Origin: an uncultured Bacteroidales bacterium
Lineage (GTDB): Bacteria > Bacteroidota > Bacteroidia > Bacteroidales > Paludibacteraceae
Length of the DNA stretch: 59,583 nucleotides
Assembly: GCA_949297975.1 (NCBI GenBank)
Contig: CASFUX010000134.1
Coordinates: 1 to 59,583 of the forward strand
Direction: 5' to 3'
Shown here piece by piece: positions 37,718-47,423 of this stretch. Numbering within the stretch: position 1 is the stretch's first letter; each line of letters starts with the position of its first letter. The position numbers and the translations under genes are program-made. Below the pieces are notes generated by a model. It was given only the letters and a program-made list of their open reading frames with translations, did no database searches and was not told the DNA's origin.

Positions 37718-38248
37718 TCACCTCGTCCCCGCCACGGAAATGTTGTCGGGTACGATGTACATCTCGTGGCGCATGTCGGGGAAAGCCTGCATCAGTTCCG
37801 TGAGCAGACCCTGTGCCTCCTCGCGGGTGCGGAAGTCGCCCACACGCACTTTCCAGAAGGGCGATGAATAAGATTCGTACACGCCCCGGTCGGGGAATTT
37901 TTCCTTCACCAGGTCTTTGATGCGGAACGCCTCGGTCTTGGCCGTTTGCTGCCGGTTGCTGGAAAATACTTGTACGCGGAAGCCGCTCACCGTGCGGTTG
38001 TTGTACACCAGTTGCCGCTCCATGAGCAGGCGGTTGATGAGCGTGTCTTGATACACTCGCACCACGGCTCCGGTGGCGGGGTCGGCTGCGGCCAGGTCGT
38101 CGAACACATCGTGCGGCACAAATGGCTGCACAGCCTCCACACTGTCCGCCTGTACGCTGCCTGCCGTCTGCGTGCCGGGCATTTGCGCCCGCCCGGCTCC
38201 CGCGCCGAGCAACATCACGAATAAGACACTGAATATGATGCGGTTCAT
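37718..38248 (-). CDS. SPOR domain peptidoglycan-binding protein
   Basis: Signal peptide; GFRVQVFS...Y.SPFWKVRVGDFRTREEA. Confidence 0.85.
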   Translation of the reverse strand: MNRIIFSVLFVMLLGAGAGRAQMPGTQTAGSVQADSVEAVQPFVPHDVFDDLAAADPATGAVVRVYQDTLINRLLMERQLVYNNRTVSGFRVQVFSSNRQQTAKTEAFRIKDLVKEKFPDRGVYESYSSPFWKVRVGDFRTREEAQGLLTELMQAFPDMRHEMYIVPDNISVAGTR

Positions 38249-38365
38249 ATATTTAAACGAATGAAGAAGATAGTTTGTAGCAAACAGTATCATACGGTCA
38301 CCCCTTCCGGGGGTAAAGCCGATAACACGAACGATTACCTCCCGCCGTTTGCCGCTGCAAAGGTA

Positions 38366-39235
38366 TCAAATACTTGCCTTTTTCGCAAAACTGCGCCGCA
38401 GGCACACTACCAGTGCGGCAAACGCCACGGCACTGAGCACGCTCGCCCACCAGGTGTCGGCGGTGCCGAGGGCGTCCATGTCAGGTATGGTGGGGTAGTG
38501 CATTTGCAGGTAGCGGAACACCACCACAATGGCATTGTTCACCAAATGCGCCAGCACGGGCAACCACAAGCTGCCGCTCCACAGCAACAGGTAACCGAAG
38601 AATGCGCCCAACAGCATCCGGGGCACGAAGCCGAAAAACTGCATGTGCACGGCACTGAACACGAACGCCGCCAGCCACACGGGCCACGCCTTGGGCATGA
38701 CCTCGCCGAAGAGCCGTTGCAACGCTCCCCGGAAAAACAGTTCCTCGCCCAGTGCGGGCATCAAGGTCAGCACCAGCAGGTTGAGCCACAGCCCTCCGAA
38801 AGTGGGCGCACGCAGCAGGAAGTCGGTCTGCGTCTGCGCTTGGTCTTCCAGCAGCCGCAGGCGCGTCTCCAGCCCGGACATGAATGAGGGAAACGGTACC
38901 TGCTCGTTCAGCCACGCCAGCAGGTTGATGCACGGCACGGCTACCAGCATGGCCGCCACCACCAGCAACGCCTGCCGCCACCCTATCGGCTCGTACAGAC
39001 CGAGGTAGCGCAGCGGCTGCTCGTGGCACAGGGAAGCGAAAAGCAGCGGGGGCAGCAAGAAGGCGAATGCCGACTGCACCAACTGCTGCCACTTGTATGT
39101 ATTGAGGGGCAGTGTCATGCTCTCGCCAAACAACTCCAACCCCACCAGCAGCCCGCTCAGGAAGCAGAACACGAACACCAGGAAAAACAAAAACAACCTC
39201 GCGGAAAACCCGCTATTTTTCATTATCGGTTTCAT
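38366..39235 (-). CDS. CPBP (CAAX/Abi) intramembrane metalloprotease
   Basis: EELFFRG, FSAVH, H.VNNA motifs; multiple TM segments. Confidence 0.9.
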   Translation of the reverse strand: MKPIMKNSGFSARLFLFFLVFVFCFLSGLLVGLELFGESMTLPLNTYKWQQLVQSAFAFLLPPLLFASLCHEQPLRYLGLYEPIGWRQALLVVAAMLVAVPCINLLAWLNEQVPFPSFMSGLETRLRLLEDQAQTQTDFLLRAPTFGGLWLNLLVLTLMPALGEELFFRGALQRLFGEVMPKAWPVWLAAFVFSAVHMQFFGFVPRMLLGAFFGYLLLWSGSLWLPVLAHLVNNAIVVVFRYLQMHYPTIPDMDALGTADTWWASVLSAVAFAALVVCLRRSFAKKASI

Positions 39236-39300
39236 TGCCTATCTTTTGTTACACGAATTTCTTTGCCGTTGCAAAAGTACTTCATCGCCCGCACGCAGCC

Positions 39301-39390
39301 AAATTTTCGTTATAGCGGAAGAAAAATTCCGTACCTGCGGAAATGAATTTCCATAGGTACGGAAATAAATTTTCGCACGGACGGAAAAAT
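39301..39390. repeat. Tandem array C, four imperfectly palindromic 22-bp units (AAWTTYCR-N-CGGAA)
   Basis: CGGAA anchors at 39316, 39338, 39360, 39382. Confidence 0.75.
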
Positions 39391-39451
39391 ATGCCGTCTG
39401 TGCCATGCGCTTGTCTTGCTCCTGTGCTGGAGAACTTGCCGTTCTCCCCAT

Positions 39452-40069
39452 TTAGGGGGTCGGGAGGTCAGTCGGCAGCAACTTGAACGTCAGGCGGTGG
39501 TAGGGGGTTACGCCATAGCGGGCGATGGCCTCGCGGTGGGAGGCGGTAGGGTAGGCCTTGTTCTTGAGCCAGTCATATTGCGGGTACTCGGCGTGCAGGC
39601 GGCGCATCAGCGCGTCGCGGTGCGTCTTGGCCAGCACCGAAGCCGCCGCAATGGAAAGGTAGCGGGCATCGCCTTTCACGATGGTGGCGTGGGGCGTGTC
39701 GCCGTAAGGCTTGAAGCGGTTGCCGTCCACGATGATGAAGTCCGGCTGCACGGCCAACCGATCAATGGCGCGGTGCATGGCCAGGATGGAGGCTTGCAGG
39801 ATGTTGATAGCGTCTATTTCACGATTGTCCACCTCGGCCACCGCCCAGGCCAGGGCCTCGCGCTCTATCAGCGGACGCAACCGCTCGCGCTCGTGCTCGG
39901 TCAACAGCTTGGAGTCGTTCAACTCGGGGCAGGTAAATCCGTCGGGCAATATCACAGCGGCAGCTACCACCGGACCGGCCAGGCAGCCGCGCCCCGCCTC
40001 ATCGCAGCCGCATTCGTAACGGGCTTCGGAGTAACGGGGCAGCAAGGGGGAATGGTTCGCAGCGGACAT
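39452..40069 (-). CDS. rnhB: Ribonuclease HII
   Basis: GCDEAGRGCLAGPV, LNDSK, VDGN, KGD, SIAAASVLAK..RD, HR.TF. Confidence 0.97.
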   Translation of the reverse strand: MSAANHSPLLPRYSEARYECGCDEAGRGCLAGPVVAAAVILPDGFTCPELNDSKLLTEHERERLRPLIEREALAWAVAEVDNREIDAINILQASILAMHRAIDRLAVQPDFIIVDGNRFKPYGDTPHATIVKGDARYLSIAAASVLAKTHRDALMRRLHAEYPQYDWLKNKAYPTASHREAIARYGVTPYHRLTFKLLPTDLPTP

Positions 40070-40119
40070 GGTGCTTTCTATCTATCATTTTATCGTGTCC
40101 AAGGCAATGGGCACAGGAA

Positions 40120-40662
40120 CTATGTGTGCAAGGTATCGCTATTAGCCTGCTCCGCACCTTTTCCTTCCTGCGGGGCGGGCAGCAGGTCCTTGGTCTCTTC
40201 CCACAGCCGGGGGCCGAAATGCAACATGCCGTCGTATAGCAGCGACTCGCGCTTCACCTGTGGCTCCACCCAGGCAAAGCGGCGGTCGAACGTGTCGAAC
40301 ACGTTGAGCAGCACGCTCGCCACCAACGCCCACTTCAGCGCACCGAACACGCCTCCCAGCAGCTTGTTCAACCCGCCGAGGGCGATGGCGGAAAAAAACT
40401 TGTCCAGCAACCGCGCCACCATGAGCAGCACCAGGGCTATGGCCACGAACAGCAGCAGGTAGGCCACGGCCTGCGCCATCCCTTCCTGCAAGTCGAACGC
40501 ATCGCGCAACCACGGTGACACCTGCGGCTCGAACCAACGTGCCCCCATAATGCCCAACACGATGGCTGCCAGCGATATCAACTCCTTAATCAGCCCCTTG
40601 AACAGCCCGAAGACCAGCCCCAGGCATACCGGAGCCACCAACACGATATCGAGTATATTCAT
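40120..40662 (-). CDS. cvpA: CvpA family (colicin V production) membrane protein
   Basis: MNILDIV...GLFKGLIKEL, LGGLNKLLGGVFG. Confidence 0.85.
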   Translation of the reverse strand: MNILDIVLVAPVCLGLVFGLFKGLIKELISLAAIVLGIMGARWFEPQVSPWLRDAFDLQEGMAQAVAYLLLFVAIALVLLMVARLLDKFFSAIALGGLNKLLGGVFGALKWALVASVLLNVFDTFDRRFAWVEPQVKRESLLYDGMLHFGPRLWEETKDLLPAPQEGKGAEQANSDTLHT

Positions 40663-40964
40663 CTGCGTATCCTCTATTCGAAGTGCAAAAATACGGAAAA
40701 ATCGGCAATCGGGAGACAAACACTCACAAGCCGTCAGGGCTACTGCAGCAAAATATAACACACAAAAGACACGATAGGAAATCAGCCCCATTCGACACGT
40801 GGTAGAGACGAGGTGTACCCAGTCCCGGCACGTTGTGTCGGGACGAGCTATGTGCATTTCCTATCGGACACAGGATGAAAGAAACAGCTATCTGCGCCCT
40901 ATGTCTATCGTGTTTCCCTTACACAAAAAACTTAACGGTTCTGCGCTGCATGGCGGGCTTATGC

Positions 40965-40999
40965 AAAAGCCCCTGCCGGAACCTGTCCGGCAGGGGCTT
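40965..40999 (-). terminator. Intrinsic terminator after secDF
   Basis: AAAAGCCCCTGCCGGA-loop-TCCGGCAGGGGCTT. Confidence 0.8.
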
Positions 41000-41031
41000 C
41001 CTGCTTTTATATCATATCAAACATACTTTCA

Positions 41032-44031
41032 TTACTTTTTGGCGGCCAAGGCTTTCGCTTCGTCCTTCTTCTGTTTGCGCAGGAAGTATTCATATACCAC
41101 CGGCGAGGCGATGAAGATGGATGAGTAAGTACCCATGATGACACCGAACAGGATAGCGAACACGAAGCCGCGGATGGTTTCACCGCCGAAGATGAAGATG
41201 GCAATCAAAACGACCAGCGTACTCATGGCCGTGCTGAACGTGCGGCTCAACGTGGCGTTAATGGCATCGTTGATTACCTGACCCTTGTCACGGCTCGGGT
41301 AGAGGCGCACATTTTCGCGGATACGGTCGAAGATAACCACCTTGTCGTTCACCGTGTACCCCACGATGGTGAGCACAGCGGCAATGAACGACTGATCCAC
41401 TTCGAGCGAGAAGGGCAGCACGTTGTAGAACAACGAATACAAGCCTATCGTAACCAATGCGTCGCAGCTCAGCCCGATTACCGCACCGATGGAGTAACCG
41501 AAACTGCGGAAGCGGGCGAAGATGTACAACCCGATGAGGATTACCGCAAATACGATGGCGAAGATGGCCGAACGCTTGATGTCGTCGGCAATGGTAGGCC
41601 CTACCTTCTGCGAACTTTGCACATAGTCCTGGATGAACGCTTCGCGCGTCACGTCGGTAGGCAACAGCGATTTCAGATTTTCATACAAGATGCCTTCGAT
41701 TTCCGTGTCAACGGTTTCCGAATTGTCGTCTATTCTGTACTTGGTAGAGATGCGCACCTGGTTGTCCGACCCGATGGTGATGACCTGGGCTGCCGCGCCT
41801 TCAAACGCATCTTCCAACAGTTCGCGCACTTCTTCCGTCTGTACCGGCTGGTCAAAGCGCACCACGTAGTTGCGCCCACCGCTGAAGTCGATGCCGAGGC
41901 TCAGGCCGCGCACTGCAAACGACACGAGGCATATCACGATCATGGCTCCCGACACGATGTAGCCTACCTTGCGTTTGCCCATGAAGTCGAAGTGGGTGTT
42001 TTGCAGCCAATTCTTCATCAAGTTGGTCGTAAACGACAATTCCTTGGCCGACTCGCGGTTCACATACCACGTCAACATGCTGCGGGTGAGGAACACTGCC
42101 GATATAAACGACGTTACCGTACCGATAACCAACGTGGTGGCAAAGCCCTTGATGGGACCCGTACCCAATACCATCAGGATGATACCGCTCATCACGGTGG
42201 TGACGTTGGAGTCGATGATGGCCGAGATGGCGTTGCTGAAACCGTCCTTCACGGCACGCTTCTGGTTCTTGCCGGCACGTACTTCCTCGCGGATACGTTC
42301 ATATATCAACACGTTAGCGTCCACCGCCGTACCGAGGGTGAGCACAATACCCGCGATACCGGGCAGGGTGAGCACCGCCGAGAAAGAGGCCAGGATGCCG
42401 AGCAGGAAGAACACGTTGACGAACAAGGCCAAGTCGGCAAACAAACCAGGTATCTTGCCATAGTAGAACACCATGTAGATGAGGATGAGCACGAAGGCAA
42501 TGACGAACGAGACGAAACCGCTCTGGATGGCCTGCTGGCCCAGCGACGGTCCCACGATGTCTTCCTGGATGATACGTGCGGGGGCAGGCATCTTACCCGA
42601 GTTCAGTGTGTTGGCCAAGTCCTTGGCTTCCTCGATGGTGAAGTTACCGGTGATTTGCGAGTTGCCGCCCGTGATTTCGCTGTTCACGCGCGGGGCGGAA
42701 TATACATAATTGTCAAGCACGATGGCGATGCACTTGCCGATGTTGTCCTTCGTCATGCGCGCCCACGTTTTCGAGCCGTCGGCGTTCATGCTCATGCTTA
42801 CACTGGCATAGGCCGAACCTTGCGTCATGTCGGCGCGGGCATCGGTAATCACGTCGCCCGCCAGCGGAGCACGCCCGTCGCGGTTGGTAATTTTGATGGC
42901 GTAGAGTTCAAAAATCTCGCCGCGTTCGTTCAGCGGTTTCACCGCCCAACGGAAGCCGAGGTCGCGCGGCATCACTTCCCGCACCTGTTTCATATTGAGG
43001 TAGGTGTTGACCTGTGCCGTGTCGCGTCCCGATACATAGCCTACCACGGGACCGGCATAGCCGCGCAACGATTCGGTCTGCGTGAGACCGAACAGCGGGT
43101 TGGCTTTCTTGTATTCTTCCAGCAGTTTGGCGTTGTCGGTGGCAGCAGCGGCATCATCGCCCATCAGGCTTTTCAGGCTGTCGACAGCCGTCGTGGCTTC
43201 ATCGGTTGCTGCGGTTTCCTCGGCAGCTTCGGCCTCGGCGGCTTCCGCTTCATCGGCGGCGGGAGCGTACATTTCGGCCAAGATGCGGTTGGCTTCGGTC
43301 AAGTTATTGTATATTTCGCTCACGTCATACGTTTCCCAGAATTCGAGGTTGGCCGAACCTTGCAGCAGCTTGCGCACGCGTTCCGGTTCTTTGATGCCCG
43401 GCAATTCTATCAGGATACGTCCCGTGTTGCCCAGTTTCTGGATATTGGGCTGCACCACCCCGAATCGGTCGATACGGTTGCGCAACACGTTGAACGAGTT
43501 GTTCACCGCGCCTTCAATCTCTTCGCGCAGCACGCTGATGACTTCGGCGTTGGTGGAGTTGAGTGATAGGCGATCTTTCAGTTCGTAGGTGCTGAAAATG
43601 GCGGCCAGTTGCGCGTTCGGGTCTATTTCATTATAAGCCTGCACAAACAAGTCCAAATATTCCATCTGGCTGTTTGTCTTTTGCAATTCGCTGGCACGCG
43701 CCAAGGCCTGGTTGAAGTTGTCGGTCTGGTTGTAACCGGAGAGCGAACGGATGACATCGGGCACCGATACTTCCAGCGTCACGTTCATACCACCCTTCAG
43801 GTCAAGCCCCAAGTTGATTTCCCTTTCGCGGCATTCCTTCAGCGTATAGCCGAGCCATACCTTCTCATATCCGAGCGAGTCGAGATACTGATATTCTTTC
43901 ATTTTGTCGCCACCGGCATACTCGCTCGCTTTCTTCGAGTAAGTAGACGTTACGACCGTGAACGAAAGATAAAACAAACACACCAGGGTAAGTGCGGCTG
44001 TAAAAATTCGAACAAGTCCTTTGTTTAACAT
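41032..44031 (-). CDS. secDF: Protein translocase subunit SecDF (fused)
   Basis: LGLDLKGG, RIDRFGV.QP, VGPSLG, DANVLIYERIRE, GIDFSGG, ND.VVIFDRIRE. Confidence 0.97.
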   Translation of the reverse strand: MLNKGLVRIFTAALTLVCLFYLSFTVVTSTYSKKASEYAGGDKMKEYQYLDSLGYEKVWLGYTLKECREREINLGLDLKGGMNVTLEVSVPDVIRSLSGYNQTDNFNQALARASELQKTNSQMEYLDLFVQAYNEIDPNAQLAAIFSTYELKDRLSLNSTNAEVISVLREEIEGAVNNSFNVLRNRIDRFGVVQPNIQKLGNTGRILIELPGIKEPERVRKLLQGSANLEFWETYDVSEIYNNLTEANRILAEMYAPAADEAEAAEAEAAEETAATDEATTAVDSLKSLMGDDAAAATDNAKLLEEYKKANPLFGLTQTESLRGYAGPVVGYVSGRDTAQVNTYLNMKQVREVMPRDLGFRWAVKPLNERGEIFELYAIKITNRDGRAPLAGDVITDARADMTQGSAYASVSMSMNADGSKTWARMTKDNIGKCIAIVLDNYVYSAPRVNSEITGGNSQITGNFTIEEAKDLANTLNSGKMPAPARIIQEDIVGPSLGQQAIQSGFVSFVIAFVLILIYMVFYYGKIPGLFADLALFVNVFFLLGILASFSAVLTLPGIAGIVLTLGTAVDANVLIYERIREEVRAGKNQKRAVKDGFSNAISAIIDSNVTTVMSGIILMVLGTGPIKGFATTLVIGTVTSFISAVFLTRSMLTWYVNRESAKELSFTTNLMKNWLQNTHFDFMGKRKVGYIVSGAMIVICLVSFAVRGLSLGIDFSGGRNYVVRFDQPVQTEEVRELLEDAFEGAAAQVITIGSDNQVRISTKYRIDDNSETVDTEIEGILYENLKSLLPTDVTREAFIQDYVQSSQKVGPTIADDIKRSAIFAIVFAVILIGLYIFARFRSFGYSIGAVIGLSCDALVTIGLYSLFYNVLPFSLEVDQSFIAAVLTIVGYTVNDKVVIFDRIRENVRLYPSRDKGQVINDAINATLSRTFSTAMSTLVVLIAIFIFGGETIRGFVFAILFGVIMGTYSSIFIASPVVYEYFLRKQKKDEAKALAAKK

Positions 44032-44308
44032 GAATTTTTTGTTTTTAAATATATAACGTTTGACAATTTTCGCGCTTCCGGCACATGGGATGAAACAGGG
44101 CTTTTGCTTCTTAATTGCTTTGTTTACAAAATATTTTGCCTGTCCATTCTTTCCATTTTATGGAAATTTCCCATTTTAGCCGTGCAAAGATAAGTCTTTT
44201 TATCATAAACACGCACATGCAAGGCAAAAAATGAAGCGCATTGCGCCCCATCTGGTGCATGGCAACGGGCATGAAAGCTTCGTGCGTCAAACCTTAATGG
44301 AAATAAAT

Positions 44309-45241
44309 TTATGGATGAACGGCAGGAAGATTGAAACGCAGGAATTTCGTGGTTTCTTTGATAAAGTTTTCAAAGTCCAGCAACATCGGGTCTTCATTCC
44401 CGCCATGTCCGGCTCTATCCACCACCATCAATTTGCGAGGCATATCCGATGGCAGCAGGCGCAACACTTTTTCGCTCATCCACACAGGGGTGCGGCGGTC
44501 ATCCGAACCGTTTATCAGAAAAACCGGCTTGGTGAATGTCGGCGCAATGTATACCGGCATCTCATGTACCGGAAAATCGTCCGGCACAAGTAATTGGCTG
44601 GCAGACTTGTCACGCACATCCATGACCAGCGGTATCACATCGTCAAAACAGGTGGCCAGCGAGCGGCCGATGAATGCATTGACTTCAGGGTTACGCCAAG
44701 CCGTCATCATGGAAAGATAAGCCCCGGTGGACCATCCCATCACCGCCACCGCTCCACGCAGCACTTCGGGTTGGGCAACCACGGCATCGACCACGGGGCA
44801 TAGTCGGGCAGCATTTCCGTATAACACAAATAGTTTGCATCCGTCGGGAAGGGGGGTACTTGCCCCGAAGCCCCGCCAGTCGAACGTCACCACATTGAAG
44901 CCCATCCCCGTCCACGCATAAGCCAGCGGCAGTTGGAAGTAGGACATGTTACCCGCATCGCCGTTACAGATAATGATGGTGGGGCGGGGCATGCCGTCGA
45001 GCGGTTTATAAGAACGTACGCCTTTCGTGGCCTTCCATTCCTCATCCGTCAACGCCTCCTGCGCCGGGAAGAACCATGCGGCCAAGTCGTACCCATCCGC
45101 CGTGCGCACAGGCAGTTCCCTGTACATCAATCCAAACGATTCCGGGCGTTGTACATATGTAGTATCGGGCAGGATGGCTAAAAGGGGCAGCAATCCGCCC
45201 CACAGCAACAAAGTCACAACAAAGCAAATTTTCCTATTCAT
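44309..45241 (-). CDS. Secreted alpha/beta hydrolase, apparently with an 18-19 codon frameshifted segment
   Basis: CNGDAGNM, FDWRGFG, nucleophile GWSTG, G.DD.RTP, AGHGG. Confidence 0.8.
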   Translation of the reverse strand: MNRKICFVVTLLLWGGLLPLLAILPDTTYVQRPESFGLMYRELPVRTADGYDLAAWFFPAQEALTDEEWKATKGVRSYKPLDGMPRPTIIICNGDAGNMSYFQLPLAYAWTGMGFNVVTFDWRGFGASTPLPDGCKLFVLYGNAARLCPVVDAVVAQPEVLRGAVAVMGWSTGAYLSMMTAWRNPEVNAFIGRSLATCFDDVIPLVMDVRDKSASQLLVPDDFPVHEMPVYIAPTFTKPVFLINGSDDRRTPVWMSEKVLRLLPSDMPRKLMVVDRAGHGGNEDPMLLDFENFIKETTKFLRFNLPAVHP

Positions 45242-45311
45242 CGGGATTTAGTGTTGGGAGACAAAGATAGCGAATAAATCCGTACCTTTGCCCTATCCAA
45301 ACAACCAGCTT

Positions 45312-45815
45312 ATGAAACGAGCATTTTGCCTCACCGCACTCATCGCCTTGCTTGCGGGTTGCAAGCCTGATGAACCGCCTGCCCCGAGCGACACGATAGA
45401 CCCCGCCATCGTGGGAGCATGGCAAGTGGCCCATTCGCGCACCATCACCGGCGTGCGGATGCTTCCCGATGGCAACTTGGAGCCCACGGACAACGTGCAC
45501 GACACGCTCACCTTTGACGGCACGCCCGGCACGGTCATCGCTTCCTACCTTTTTGGTACGCAAGAGAATGTGATCGACCTGCGAAGCGACAACCGCATCA
45601 AGGTGTACCGCATCAACAGTCGTGGAGGCGTGACCATTACGGGCGAACAAGTGCCCTACGAAGTGCGCAACGATACCTTGTATACGCAGACCTCCACCCT
45701 TCGCCATGCACACCGCTACCGTTTGCAAGGCGACTCGCTTGTCATCGAGCGCATCCCCGACGGCAATACAGGGTGGACGTACATCTGCTCGAAGTATTTC
45801 CGGAGGAAATTGTGA
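45312..45815 (+). CDS. Lipoprotein with lipocalin-like beta-barrel (hypothetical)
   Basis: LAGC lipobox; IVGAW motif; Y.V..DTL / Y.L.GDSL strands; TACCTTTG box at 45283-45290. Confidence 0.65.
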   Translation: MKRAFCLTALIALLAGCKPDEPPAPSDTIDPAIVGAWQVAHSRTITGVRMLPDGNLEPTDNVHDTLTFDGTPGTVIASYLFGTQENVIDLRSDNRIKVYRINSRGGVTITGEQVPYEVRNDTLYTQTSTLRHAHRYRLQGDSLVIERIPDGNTGWTYICSKYFRRKL

Positions 45816-45942
45816 TAAACCACGCCTGTTGTCGCGCTTATGGAATGGTCTAAAAAATGGACAAGGCGGAGAGAATAAAAAAAGAGAAAAGCAGGTCCTG
45901 CGTACAAGACCTACTTTTCTCTTTTCCACTTCAAGGGAGTTG

Positions 45943-46031
45943 CGGAAGCGGGGGGATTCGAACCCCCGGTACGGGTAATTCCGTACGTCAGTTTAGCAAA
46001 CTGGTGGTTTCAGCCACTCACCCACACTTCC
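45943..46031 (-). tRNA. tRNA-Ser (GCT), long variable arm, CCA not encoded
   Basis: GGAAGTG/CGCTTCC acceptor stem, TGAGTGG D-loop, loop TTGCTAA, GTACGG-loop-CCGTAC variable arm, GGTTCGAATCC T-loop; TATATTTG box at 46055-46062. Confidence 0.95.
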
Positions 46032-46149
46032 TAAGGCTTTCGCTTTTGCGGTTGCAAATATAGGAAGACTTTTCTAATTCCAAAAGCGCACACGCAAAAT
46101 TTATAGAAAATAAATCCGTACTTTTGCCTGCATATTGTCATTTACAAGC

Positions 46150-47202
46150 ATGAAAAGATTTATCACTCAAAACAAATGGTTACTCACGGTTGGGCTGCTG
46201 GCATTGCTGGGCGTGGCGGGGCTATCGGTGTTGCTGCATTACAACCGCGTGTACAACTCGCCTAACATCCGCGTGTCAGGGGGCGAAACGGTTCTCAACA
46301 TACCCGATGCGGGCTGGGACGTGCGTGACGTGGTACATGCCCTGTCGGAAAAAGCGGACATCCGACACATCCACACCTTGGAAAAGGCGATGAAAGGGAT
46401 GGATTACGAAACGGTGCGCTCCGGTCACTACGTCGTTACGGACGGGATGAGCAACAAGCAGCTGGTGGACATGTTGCGCCGGGGATTGCAGACACCGGTG
46501 CGGGTCACCTTCCACAATCTGCGCACCAAGCAGGACCTGGCGGCCAGCCTGTCGCGCCAATTGATGCCGGACTCGGCTTCCATCATGGCTTTGCTGAACG
46601 ATTCGGCTTTCCTGGCCGGGTACGGGTTGAACGTGGACGATGCATTGACCTTGTTCATCCCAAACACGTATGAATTCTTCTGGAATGTGGATGCACCCGG
46701 CATTTTCGACCGCATGAAGCGGGAATACGACCGCTTTTGGACGGACGACCGGCGGGCGAAAGCGGCTGCCATCCCCCTGACCCCTGCCGAGGTAAGCATA
46801 TTGGCCTCCATCGTGGAGGAGGAAACCAATATATATAAGGAATATCCCGTGGTGGCCGGGTTGTACATCAACCGGCTGAAGCGGGGCATGCTGTTGCAGG
46901 CCGACCCTACGGTGAAATTTGCCGTGGGCGATTTCTCGCTGCGCCGCGTGCTGAACGTGCATTTGGAAACGGAGTCGCCCTACAACACCTACCTGCATCC
47001 GGGATTGCCTCCCGGACCGATACGTATCCCTTCTCCCCGGGCCATTGATGCCGTGCTCAACTACCAGCAACACCGCTACCTGTACATGGTGGCCAAGGAG
47101 ACGTTGGACGGAAGCCACAATTTCGCGACCAACCTGCGCGACCACACTAACAACGCTATCCGCTATCAACGTGCGTTGAACCGTATGCGCATCTATCGCT
47201 GA
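46150..47202 (+). CDS. mltG: Endolytic transglycosylase MltG
   Basis: N-terminal TM; FIPNTY, LASIVEEET, LQADPTV, SPYNTY..PGLPPGPI. Confidence 0.95.
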   Translation: MKRFITQNKWLLTVGLLALLGVAGLSVLLHYNRVYNSPNIRVSGGETVLNIPDAGWDVRDVVHALSEKADIRHIHTLEKAMKGMDYETVRSGHYVVTDGMSNKQLVDMLRRGLQTPVRVTFHNLRTKQDLAASLSRQLMPDSASIMALLNDSAFLAGYGLNVDDALTLFIPNTYEFFWNVDAPGIFDRMKREYDRFWTDDRRAKAAAIPLTPAEVSILASIVEEETNIYKEYPVVAGLYINRLKRGMLLQADPTVKFAVGDFSLRRVLNVHLETESPYNTYLHPGLPPGPIRIPSPRAIDAVLNYQQHRYLYMVAKETLDGSHNFATNLRDHTNNAIRYQRALNRMRIYR

Positions 47203-47268
47203 CGGGGGGGGAGACGACACAGAGCTACACAGAAAGTTTTTTGCCTATTCCGTCTTTTAGAGAGCACA

Positions 47269-47307
47269 CAAAACCGTCCCGACGCGGGACGCGTCGGGAC
47301 GGTTTTG
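47269..47307. terminator. Bidirectional terminator-like 18-bp stem between convergent mltG and murB
   Basis: CAAAACCGTCCCGACGCG-gga-CGCGTCGGGACGGTTTTG. Confidence 0.75.
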
Positions 47308-47423
47308 CCTCTGCCAACCTCAATTCATCAGCTCATTCCCAAGTCCAGGCACCATGTGCCGGGACAGCTATGTGTGCTTTTTTACTTCAAACAAAATAAT
47401 AGCCATGTGCACTCTGTGCCCAT

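Noticed and set aside
40663-40857. Long N-terminal extension of CvpA (similarly folE, miaA and the SPOR protein)
   Set aside because: The extensions run through promoter boxes or repeat DNA; downstream ATGs match the family N-termini.
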